From Malacoraja senta (lineage: Eukaryota): a DNA stretch of 64,000 nucleotides. Below, in pieces: positions 30,001 through 40,208 of the stretch. Each line of letters opens with the position of its first letter. Position 1 is the first letter of the stretch. The translations under genes were made by a program, and so were the position numbers. The stretch lies in NCBI GenBank assembly GCA_038087875.1, contig CM075988.1:2976001-3040000 (forward strand). The letters are read 5' to 3'. Under the pieces are notes generated by a model that had not been told where the DNA came from, made no database searches, and saw only the letters and a program-made list of their open reading frames with translations.

Positions 30001-33000
30001 TTTCAGGACGTGAAATGCGACGAAATTTCAGCACATGAAAAGTGACGAAAATTCAGCCTGTGAAAAGAGATGAAAATTCAGCACGCGAAAAGCGACGAAA
30101 ATTCAGCACATGAAAAGCGACTACATTTCAGGACGAGGAAAGCGATGAAATTTCAGGATGCATAAAGCGACGAAAATTCAGGACGCGAAAGGCGACGAAA
30201 ATTCAAAACGCCAAAAGCTATGTAAATTCAGGATGCAAAAAGCGACGGAATTTCAGGACGTGAAAAGCGACGAAATTTCAGCACATGAAAAGCAACGAAA
30301 ATTCAGCCTGTGAAAAGCGACGAAATTCAGCACGCGAAAAGAGACGAAAATTCAGCACACGAAAAGCGAGGAAAATTCAGGATGCGAAAAGCGACTAAAA
30401 TTCAGTTCGCAAAAAGCGAAGAAAATTCAGGACGTTAATGCTACAAAAATTCAGGATGCGAAAATCGACAATTTTAGCACACGAAAAGTGATGAAAATTC
30501 AGCACATGAAAAGTGACGAAAATTCAGGACGCAAGAAACAAAAAAAATTTAAAAATGCCAAAAGCGACATAAATTCAGGACGGGAAAAGCGACAAAATTT
30601 CACGGTGAGAAAAAGGACAAAAATTCGGGACGCACAAAGCGACGAAATTTCAAAACATGAAAAGTGACGGAAATTCTGCACACGAAAAGCAACGAAAATT
30701 CTGCACACGAAAAGCAACGAAAATTCACACGCGAAAGGCGACGAAATTTCAGGATGAATTCAAAGGACGCATAAAGCGCCGAAATTTCAGGACGTGAAAT
30801 GTGACAAAAATTCAGCACGCAAAAAGTGACGAACCTTCAGGACGCGAAAATCAACGAAAATTTAGTAGGCGAAAAGCAATGAAAATTCAGCACGCGAAAA
30901 GCTATAAAAGTTCAGCACAGGAAAAGCAATGAAAATTCAGGACGCGAAAAGCGAAGAAATTTCAAGATGTGAAATGTGACAAAAATTCAGGATACAAAAA
31001 GTGATGAAATTTCAGGACGTGAAAAGCAACGAAATTTCAGCACACGAAAAGCTACAAAAATTCAGGACGCAAAAAGCGACAAATTTCAGCACAGGAAAAA
31101 TGATGAAAATTCAGGACGCAAAATTCTGCATGCAAAAAGCGATGAAATTTCAGGATGTGAAAAGCTACAACATTTCAGCACACGAAAAGCGACGAAAATC
31201 AGCACACGAAAAGCGACGTAAATTCAGGACGCGAAAGGCGACAAAACTTCAGGACGCATAAAGCGACGCAATTTCAGGACATGAAAAGCAACGAAATTTC
31301 AGCACACGAAAAGTGACAAAAAATTGAGGATGTGAAATGCGACGTAATTCAGAATGCAAAGCGACGAAATTTCAGCACATGAAAAGCGACTAAATTTCAG
31401 TATGCGAAAAGTGACTAAGTTTCAGGGCAAAATGCAACAAAAATTCAGGACTCAAAAAGCGACGAAACTTCAGGACGTAAAAAAGCGATGAAATGACAAA
31501 AAAAAAGACAAACCAGGACGTGAAAAGTAATGAAAATGAAGCACGCATTAAGCGACGAAATTACAGGACGTAAAAAAGCGACGAAATTTCAGCACACGAA
31601 AAGGGACAAAAATTCAGCATGCAAGAAGCGACGAAAATTCAGCACGCATAAAGTGACGAACCTTCAGGATGCGAAAGGCAACAAAAATTCAAAATGCCAA
31701 AAGCGACATAAATTCAGGATGCAAAAATCTACAAAAGTTCAGGACGCATGAAGCGACAAAACTTCAGGACGCATAAAGCGACGCAATGTCAGGATGTGAA
31801 AAGCAACGAAATTTCAGCACACGAAAAGCGAAGAAAATTCAGCACATGAAAAGCGACGAATATTCAAAACGCCAAAAGCTATGTAAATTCAGGATAAAAA
31901 AAGAGACAAAATTTCAGGACAAGTAAAGCTACGAAATTTCAGGACGAGAAAAGCGACGAAACTTCAGGACGCAATATGCGACGGAATTTCAGGACGTGAA
32001 AAGCGATGAAATTTCAGCACATGAAAAGCAACGAAAATTCAGCCTGTGAAAAGCGATGAAAATTCAGCACGCGAAAAGAGACGAAAATTCAGCACACGAA
32101 AAGTGACGAACCTTCAGGATGCGAAAAGCGATGAAAATTCAGGACGCTAAAAGCGACGAAAATTCAGGACGTGAAATGCTGCAAAAATTCAGGATGCGAA
32201 AATCGACAATTTTAGCACACGAAAAGTGACGAAAATTCAGCACATGAAAAGTGACGAATATTCAGGACGCAAGAAATGAAAAAAATTTAAAAAATGCCAA
32301 AAGCGACATAAATTCAGGACGCGAAAAGCGACAAAATTTCACGATGAGAAAAAGGACAAAAATTCAGGATGCACAAAGCGACGAAATTTCAGGACATGAA
32401 ACGCAACGAAAATTCAGCACGAAAAAAGCAACGAAAATTCAGCACGTGAAACGCGACAAAAATTCAGCATGCGAAACGCGACGAAAACTGATGAAATTTC
32501 AGCACACGAAAAGCGACTAAATTACAGCACAGGAAACGTGACAAATTCAGCTTTTCGAAAAGCGACGAAAATTCTGCACACGAAAAGCGAGGAACATTCA
32601 GGACGCGGTGCAATTAAAATTCAGCACGAAAATGGACGAAAGTTCAGCATGCGAAAAGTGATGACAATTCAGCACGTGAAAAGCCACGAAAATTCAGCTC
32701 GTGAAAAGCGATGAAAATTCAGCACATGAAAAGCGACGAAAATTCTGGACGAGAAAAGCAATGAAAATTCAGGACGCGAAAAGCGATGAAAATTCAGCAC
32801 GTGAAAAGTGACGAAAATTCAGCAGACGAAAAGTGACATAAATTCATGACACGAAAAGTAACAAGAATTCAGGTCACAAAAAGCGACGAAAATTCAAAAC
32901 GTGAAAGGCGACAAAAATTCAACATGCGAAAAGATATGAAAATTCAGCACGCGAAAAGTGAGAAAAAGCAATGAAATTTCAGGACGCAAAATGCAACAAA

Positions 33001-36000
33001 ATTTCAGGACGCGAAAAGCGACGAAAATACAGCCTGTGAAAAGCTCAGAAAATTCAGCACGCGATAAGCGACGAACCTTCAGGACGCAAAAAACGACGAA
33101 AAGTCAGCACAGGAAAGGTGATGAAAATTCAGGACGCGAAAAGCGAAGAAATTTCAAGACGTGAAATGTGACAAAAATTCAGGATGCAAAAAGTGATGAA
33201 ATTTCAGGACGTGAAATGTGACAAAAATTTAGGATGCAAAAAGCAATTAAATTTCAGGATATAAAAAGCTACAACATTTCAGCTCATGAAAAGCGACGAA
33301 AATCAGCAAACGAAAAGCGACGTAAATTCAGGACGCGAAAGGCGACAAAACTTCAGGACGCATAAAGCGACGCAATGTCAGGATGTGAAAAGCAACGAAA
33401 TTTCAGCACACGAAAAGCGAAGAAAATTCAGCACATGAAAAGCGACGAATATTCAAAACGCCAAAAGCTATGTAAATTCAGGATACAAAAAGAGAAAAAA
33501 TTTCAGGACAAGTAAAGCGACGAAATTTCAGGACGAGAAAAGCGACGAAACTTCTGGACGCATAAAGCGACAAAATTTCAGGACGTGAAAAGCAACGAAA
33601 TTTCAGCACATTAAAAGCTACGAAAATTTAGCCTGCGAAAAGAAATGAAAATTCAGCACGCAAAAAGCGACAAAAGATCAGCACGGGAAAAGTGATGAAA
33701 ATTCAGGACGCGAAAAGCGAAGAAATTTCAAGACATGAAATGTGACAAAAATTCAGGATACAAAAAGTGATGACATTTCAGGACGTGAAAAGCAACACAA
33801 CTTCAGCACACGAAAAGCTACGAAAATTTAGCCTGCGAAAAGCAATGAAAATTCAGCACGCAAAAAGCGACAAAAGTTCAGCACAGGAAAAGTGATGAAA
33901 ATTCAGGACGCGAAAAGCGAAGAAATTTTAAGACGTGAAATGTGACAAAAATTCAGGATACAAAAAGTGATGACATTTCAGGACGTGAAAAGCAACGAAA
34001 TTTCAGCACACGAAAAGCTACGAAAATTCACCCTGCGAAAAGCGATGAAAATTCAGCATGCAAAAAGTGACGAACCTTCAGGACGCGAAAATCAACGAAA
34101 ATTTAGTAGGCGAAAAGCAATGAAAATTCAGCACGCGAAAAGTGACAAAAGTTCAGCACAGGAAAAGCGATGAAAATTCAGGACGCGAAAAGCGAAGAAA
34201 TTTCAAGATGTGAAATGTGACAAAAATTCAGGATGCAAAAAGTGATGAAATTTCAGGACGTGAAATGCGACGAAATTTCAGCACATGAAAAGTGACGAAA
34301 ATTCAGCCTGTGAAAAGAGATGAAAATTCAGCACGCGAAAAGCGACGAAAATTCAGCACATGAAAAGCGACTACATTTCAGGACGAGGAAAGCGATGAAA
34401 TTTCAGGATGCTTAAAGCGACGAAAATTCAGGACGCGAAAGGCGACGAAAATTCAAAACGCCAAAAGCTATGTAAATTCAGGATGCAAAAAGCGACAGAA
34501 TTTCAGGACGTGAAAAGTGACGAAATTTCAGCACATGAAAAGCAACGAAAATTCAGCCTGTGAAAAGCGACGAAATTCAGCACGCGAAAAGAGACGGAAA
34601 TTCAGCACACGAAAAGCGAGGAAAATTCAGGATGCGAAAAGCGACTAAAATTCAGTTCGCAAAAAGCGAAGAAAATTCAGGACGTTAATGCTACAAAAAT
34701 TCAGGATGCGAAAATCGACAATTTTAGCACACGAAAAGTGATGAAAATTCAGCACATGAAAAGTGACGAAAATTCAGGACGCAAGAAACGAAAAAAATTA
34801 AAAAATGCCAAAAGCGACAAAATTTCACGATGAGAAAAAGGACAAAAATTCAGGACGCACAAAGCGACGAAATTTCAAAACATGAAAAGTGACGGAAATT
34901 CTGCACACGAAAAGCAACGAAAATTCTGCACACGAAAAGCAACGAAAATTCACACGCGAAAGGCGACGAAATTTCAGGACGAATTCAAAGGACGCATAAA
35001 GCGCCGAAATTTCAGGACGTGAAATGTGACAAAAATTCAGCACGCAAAAAGTGACGAACCTTCAGGACGCGAAAATCGACGAAAATTTAGTAGGCGAAAA
35101 GCAATGAAAATTCAGCACGCGAAAAGCTATAAAAGTTCAGCACAGGAAAAGCAATGAAAATTCAGGACGCGAAAAGCGAAGACATTTCAAGATGTGAAAT
35201 GTGACAAAAATTCAGGATACAAAAAGTGATGAAATTTCAGGACGTGAAAAGCAAAGAAATTTCAGCACACGAAAAGCTACGAAAATTCAGGACGCAAAAA
35301 GCGACAAATTTCAGCACAGGAAAAATGATGAAAATTCAGGACGCAAAATTCTGCATGCAAAAAGCGATGAAATTTCAGGATGTGAAAAGCTACAACATTT
35401 CAGCACACGAAAAGCGACGAAAATCAGCACACGAAAAGCGACGTAAATTCAGGACGCGAAAGGCGACAAAACTTCAGGACGCATAAAGCGACGCAATTTC
35501 AGGACATGAAAAGCAACTAAATTTCAGCACACGAAAAGTGACAAAAAATTGAGGATGTGAAATGCGACGTAATTCAGAATGCAAAGCGACGAAATTTCAG
35601 CACATGAAAAGCGACTAAATTTCAGTATGCGAAAAGTGACTAAGTTTCAGGGCAAAATGCAACAAAAATTCAGGACTCAAAAAGGGACGAAACTTCAGGA
35701 TGTAAAAAAGCGATGAAATGACAAAAAAAAAGACAAACCAGGACGTGAAAAGTAATGAAAATGAAGCACGCATTAAGCGACGAAATTACAGGACGTAAAA
35801 AAGCGACGAAATTTCAGCACACGAAAAGGGACAAAAATTCAGCATGCAAGAAGCGACGAAAATTCAGCACGCATAAAGTGACGAACCTTCAGGATGCGAA
35901 AGGCAACAAAAATTCAAAATGCCAAAAGCGACATAAATTCAGGATGCAAAAATCTACAAAAGTTCAGGACGCATGAAGCGACAAAATTTCAGGACACGAA

Positions 36001-37375
36001 AAGCGATAACATTTCGGCACACGAAAAGTGACGAACCTTCAGGATGCGAAAAGGAATAAAAATTCAGCACGTCAAAAGTGACGAACCTTCAGGATGCGAA
36101 AAGCGATGAAAATTCAGCACGTGAAAAGCACCGAAAATTCAGGATTCGAAAAGCGACGAAATTTCAGGATGTGAAAAGCAACAAAATTTCAGCACACGAA
36201 AAGCGCCGAAATTTTAGCACACCAAACGTGACGAAAATTCAGCAGGCGAAAAGTGATGAAAATTCAGGACGCGAAAGGCGACGAAAATTCAAAACGGCAA
36301 AAGGCGACATAAATTCAGGACAAGAACAGCGATGAAATTACAGGATGCATAAAGCGACGAAATTTCAGAACGTGAAAAGTGACAACATTTCAGCACACGA
36401 AAAGTGCTAAAATTCAGCATGCAAATGCGACAAAAATTCAGCACACGAAAAGCGACGGAAATTCAGCACACGAAAAGCGACGTAAATTCAGGACGCAAAA
36501 AGCAACGAAACCTCCGGACGCATAAAGCGACGAAATTTCAGGACGTTAAAAGCGACTAAATTTCAGCACGCGAAAAGCGACAAAAATTCAGCCTGTGAAA
36601 TGCAATGAAAATTCAGCACTCGAAAAGCAACGAAAATTCAGGACGCGAAAGGAGACAGAAATTTAAAAAGCCAAAAGCGACATAAATTCAGGACGCGGAA
36701 AGAGACGAAATTTCAGGATGTGTAAAGCGTCGAAATTACAGGACACGATAAGCAACAAAATTTCAGCACAGGAAAAGCGACGAAAATTCAGTAAGTCAAA
36801 AGCAACGAAAATTCAGCACACGTTCAGGATGCGAAAAGCGATGAAAATTCAGGACGCTAAAAGTGATTTATATTCAGGACATTAAATGCGACAAAAATTC
36901 AGGATGTGAAATGCAGCTAAATTTCAGGACGCGAAAAGCAATGAAATTTCAGCACAAGAAAAGCGACAAAAATTCAGCACACGAAAAGCTACAAACCTTC
37001 AGGACGTAAAAAGTGACAAAAATTCTGCACGCAAAGAACAACGAAAATTTAGCACATGAAAAGTGCCGAAAATTCAGGACGTGAAAGGCGACGAAAATTC
37101 AAAATGCCAAAAGCAACGAAATTCAGGATACGAAAAGCGACACAAGTTCAGGATGCATGATGCGACAAAGTTTCAGGACACGAAAAGTGACAACATTTTG
37201 GCACACGAAAAGTGACGAACCTTCAGGACGTGAAAATCGACGAAAATTGAGCACGTGAAAAGCGACGAAAATTCAGCACACGAAAAGTGACGAAAATTCA
37301 GGACGCAAAAGGCGACGAATATTCAAAACGCCAAAGGCGACGTAAATTCAGGACACGAATAGCGACAAAAATACA
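1..37375 (+). repeat. Satellite DNA array, 25-bp monomer (consensus ~GAAAAGCGACGAAAATTCAGCACGC / GAAAAGCGACGAAATTTCAGGACGC) with higher-order repeats; open at the window start
   Basis: Continuous tandem repetition of a 25-bp unit. Exact 200-bp recurrence at 28261/28461/28661/28861 and 12751/12951/13151/13351. Identical or near-identical spurious ORFs recur at 1725, 1885, 3179 and 4225 bp offsets. The pattern stops near 37,375. Confidence 0.98.
1463..2097 (-). repeat. Inverted block of the same satellite
   Basis: The strand switches from A-rich to T-rich (tcctgaattttcgtcgctttt). 1463-1729 is the near reverse complement of 1-265. Confidence 0.95.
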
Positions 37376-37386
37376 TGAAGCATAAT

Positions 37387-37635
37387 GCTAGCTAAATGGC
37401 TACATATAGAGGAGGGTGCCTAGAAATAGGGGCGGGTAGGGAAGGGCACCTGTAAATGTGGATTTAGGGTAGGACGTAAATGGGAGGTGGATTTAGGGGA
37501 GGGCACCTTTAAATGGTGAATTAGGAGGGCATCTGTAAATGGTGAATTAGGGGAGGGCACCTTTAAAGGGTGCAGTAGGGAAGGCATCTGTAAATTTAGG
37601 GTAGATTTAGGGGAGAGCACCTGTAAAGGAGCAAA
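37387..37635 (+). repeat. G-rich minisatellite (~27-29 bp unit, GGGCACCTGTAAATGGTGAATTAGGGGA-like), copy 1
   Basis: Repeated gggcacct(g/t)taaat...ttaggg units; the whole block recurs at 37978-38231. Confidence 0.85.
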
Positions 37636-37729
37636 CAATATGAGCTACAACAACTGAAGCTTTACAGCAACAACTGGTGTGTTGTTACACCAATCCACGT
37701 AACAATCTCATATGTCTTTCCCCCTCATT

Positions 37730-37821
37730 AATTTATTCTCACGTGTACCAAGGTACAGTGACAAACTTTGGTCGTGTGGTAACCAGTTAGCAGAAAGACA
37801 AAACATTATCACAATTGAGCC
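37730..37821 (-). mobile_element. 3' tail fragment of a LINE (Rex1/Babar- or L2-like), copy 1
   Basis: The minus strand ends ...tcactgtaccttggtacacgtgagaataaa (hairpin plus AATAAA). Duplicated at 38954-39043. Clade assignment is tentative. Confidence 0.6.
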
Positions 37822-37990
37822 AGCTAGTTGGCTACATCCTGTATAACTAGGTAGCTAGCTAGATGGCTAGATAGATAGCAAGACTGAGCTACATACTGGA
37901 TAGCAAGGTAGCTAGCTAGACTGAGGCTACATACTGGAAAACTAGGTAGCTAGCTAGAATGAGCTACAAACTGGATAGCTAGCTAGATGG
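37822..37990. repeat. TAGC/AGCT-rich minisatellite (~37-38 bp unit, AGCTACATACTGGATAGCAAGGTAGCTAGCTAGACTG-like)
   Basis: About four degenerate copies of gctaca(t/a)actgg...aggtagctagctaga. Confidence 0.75.
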
Positions 37991-38231
37991 CTACATATAG
38001 GGATGGGTGCCTAGAAATAGAGGATGGGTTGAGGAAAGGGCACCTGTAAATGTGTATTTAGGGTAGGGCATGTAAATGGGAGGGGGATTTAGGGGAGGGC
38101 ACCTTTAAATGGTGAATTAGGAGGGCATCTGTAAATGGCGAATTAGGGGAGGGCACCTTTAAATGGTGCAATAGGGAAGGGATCTGTAAATTTACGGTAG
38201 ATTAGGCGAGAGCACCTGTTGGGAGCAATAT
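37978..38231 (+). repeat. G-rich minisatellite, copy 2
   Basis: Colinear, diverged copy of 37387-37635. Confidence 0.85.
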
Positions 38232-38857
38232 AGGGGACGCCTTCCTGTATGGGTATTGCTGCCCAGCCTGCAGATGGCCGTTTTTTCACCTCTTTTTTTA
38301 ATATTTAGTGAGTTAAAATGTTTTGTTTTTGGAGCTTTAATCTTTTTATGTGGAGGGTGGGAGGGGGGGGGCAAGGGGGAAACTGCTTTTCAGGGTCCCT
38401 ACCAGGTTGGAGAGGCGGCTTTTCTCCGAGCAGCACCTTCGACCCGTCCTCGCGGCCTACCAGTGGGCCTGGAGTGGCGTTTCCTGAGGGGAACGGCCAG
38501 AACCTCGCCGAGATCGCCAGTGGTGGAGCTCCGGAAGTGGCCGTTCAAGGTTTCCCATGCCGCTGTGAGGATTCTCCCGACGCCGGAGCACCATCATCCG
38601 GCGAGAAGGGCCTGCAACATCGGGCCTCCATAAAGGCGACTGCGGAGGCCAAAATAGGCCCGACTATGGGTAGACATGGGGATGCAGACTGGACTTTGTG
38701 CCTTCCCTCACAATGGAAACCATTGTGGGGGGATGTTTTTTATGTTTAAATTTCTTTATTATTGTTATGTTGTATGCTTTTTTAATGTGCTGCAATGGCT
38801 ATACCCATTTCACTACACCAATTGGTGTATGTGACTAATAAAGAACCTTTGAACCTA
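38232..38857 (+). mobile_element. Non-coding GC-rich non-autonomous retroposon (element A) with LINE-type 3' tail
   Basis: Present in copy 2 but absent from copy 1 of the local ~590-bp duplication. Candidate TSD caatat (38226-38231 / 38858-38863). 3' end tttcac-tacaccaattggtgta-tgtgactaataaa-gaacctttgaacct. Confidence 0.75.
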
Positions 38858-38953
38858 CAATATGAGCAACAACAACTGAAGCTTTACAACAACAACTGAT
38901 GTGTTGTTACACCAATTCACGTAACAAACTCAGATAATTCTTTCCTCCTCATT

Positions 38954-39043
38954 AATTTATTCTCACATGTACCGAGGTACAGTGAAAAGCTTTAGTCGCG
39001 TGCTAACCAGTTAGCAGAAAGTCAAAACATGATCACTTGAGCC
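38954..39043 (-). mobile_element. 3' tail fragment of a LINE (Rex1/Babar- or L2-like), copy 2
   Basis: Minus strand ...ttttcactgtacctcggtacatgtgagaataaa; homologous to 37730-37821. Confidence 0.6.
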
Positions 39044-39219
39044 TCTGAAGTGGTCCCTGAAGTGGCTGCAAAAATGTCTACAAGATCCAAGACAGATCTG
39101 GTTAAGGAAAAAGATAAAGAATTTGAGGATTTAAAGAAATCGGTGAGAGATATAAAAGATGAAATTGTGGATGAAAATAAAAATATGATGGGAAAAATGA
39201 TGGAAAAAATCGAAAAGAT

Positions 39220-40208
39220 TCAAGATTCAAGATTTCAAGATTCAAGATTTCCTTTATTGTCATTCAGACCTTTCGGTCTGAACGAAATTGTGATGCCTGC
39301 AGTCATACACAGAACCAATAATAACAAAACATACAATAAACACAAATTAAACATCCACCACAGTGAGTTCACCAAGCACATCCTCACTGTGATGGAGGCA
39401 AAGTCTTAGTCTCCGTCTCTTCCCTCCCTGTTCTCCCTCTGCGCTGAGGCGATCGATCCAGGCCGAAGATGCCGCCCTCCAGTCCAGCGGACCTCCATGG
39501 TGATGTCGCCGCCGCCGAAAGCCGGAACGCCGTCTACGCTCCGAGACGGCCCGCCACAGCATCAGCTCCGGGCCGCCGCCCCAGCTCCGGGTCCCGCAGT
39601 CTCCGCTCCGGACCCCGCAGTCTCCGCTCCAAGACGGCCCGCCACAGCATCAGCTCCGTGTCCCGCAGTCCCCGCTCCTGGTCCCGTAGTCTCCACTCCA
39701 GGCCGCCGCCCCAGCTCCAGGTCCCGCAGTCTCCGCTCCAGGCCGCTGCCCCAGCTCCGGGTCCCGCAGTCTCCGCTCCAGGCCGCTGCCCCAGCTCCAG
39801 GTCCCGCAGTCTCCACTCCGGACCCCACTGCATCAGCTCCAGGCCGCAGCCGAAAGCCAGAACGCCGCACCAGCAAGTCGGGCCACCGCTGCCTCAGCCC
39901 CGAAGATGGCCAGCCTCCCGTTGGTAAGTCCTGGCGGGCTCTGCCTCCGTAGCCTCGGGGTCGGTCGCAGGATGGAGGCCGCCAGCCCCGCCATTAGGCC
40001 TCACCGCAAACAGAGGCAGAGAAGGGGGATACGACACGAAAAAGTCGCATTCCCCCGAAGGAAGAGACAGAGAACATGTTTCTCCCCCCCCTAACACAAC
40101 CCAACAAACTAAAACTTAACCAAAACAAGACAAAAAAAACAACAGAAAAAAGTAAAAACAGACGGACTGCAGGCGAGCCGCAGCCGATTAACAGCGCCGC
40201 CACTTCCG
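39220..40208 (-). mobile_element. Non-coding GC-rich non-autonomous retroposon (element B), apparently full length, inserted in L1 ORF1
   Basis: The minus strand begins cggaagtggcggcgc and ends tttcg-ttcagacc-gaaa-ggtctgaa-tgacaataaa followed by (atcttga)n. Flanked by gat. Its removal restores the ORF1 frame. Confidence 0.88.
39545..39850. repeat. GC-rich minisatellite inside element B (40-bp unit GGCCGCTGCCCCAGCTCCAGGTCCCGCAGTCTCCGCTCCA built from shorter subunits)
   Basis: Near-identical units start at 39701, 39741 and 39781, with variants upstream. Confidence 0.9.

Noticed and set aside
503..36335. Dozens of Lys/Arg-rich (+) and Phe-rich (-) ORFs of 62-146 aa
   Set aside because: They are translations of the 25-bp satellite. 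Peptide words recur in all three frames because 25 is not a multiple of 3, and there is no domain content.
1..37375. CRISPR array (short, partly palindromic repeats)
   Set aside because: Monomers are contiguous with no unique spacers, there are no cas genes, and the context is vertebrate.
1..37375. CENP-B box in the satellite (TTCG...CG on the minus strand)
   Set aside because: Spacing and bases do not fit TTCGnnnnAnnCGGG; centromeric function cannot be claimed from this motif.
39347..40203. Pro/Ala/Arg-rich ORFs on both strands of element B (similar ones in A and C)
   Set aside because: They come from GC-rich stop-poor minisatellite sequence, are open in several frames at once, and are not conserved between the three elements.
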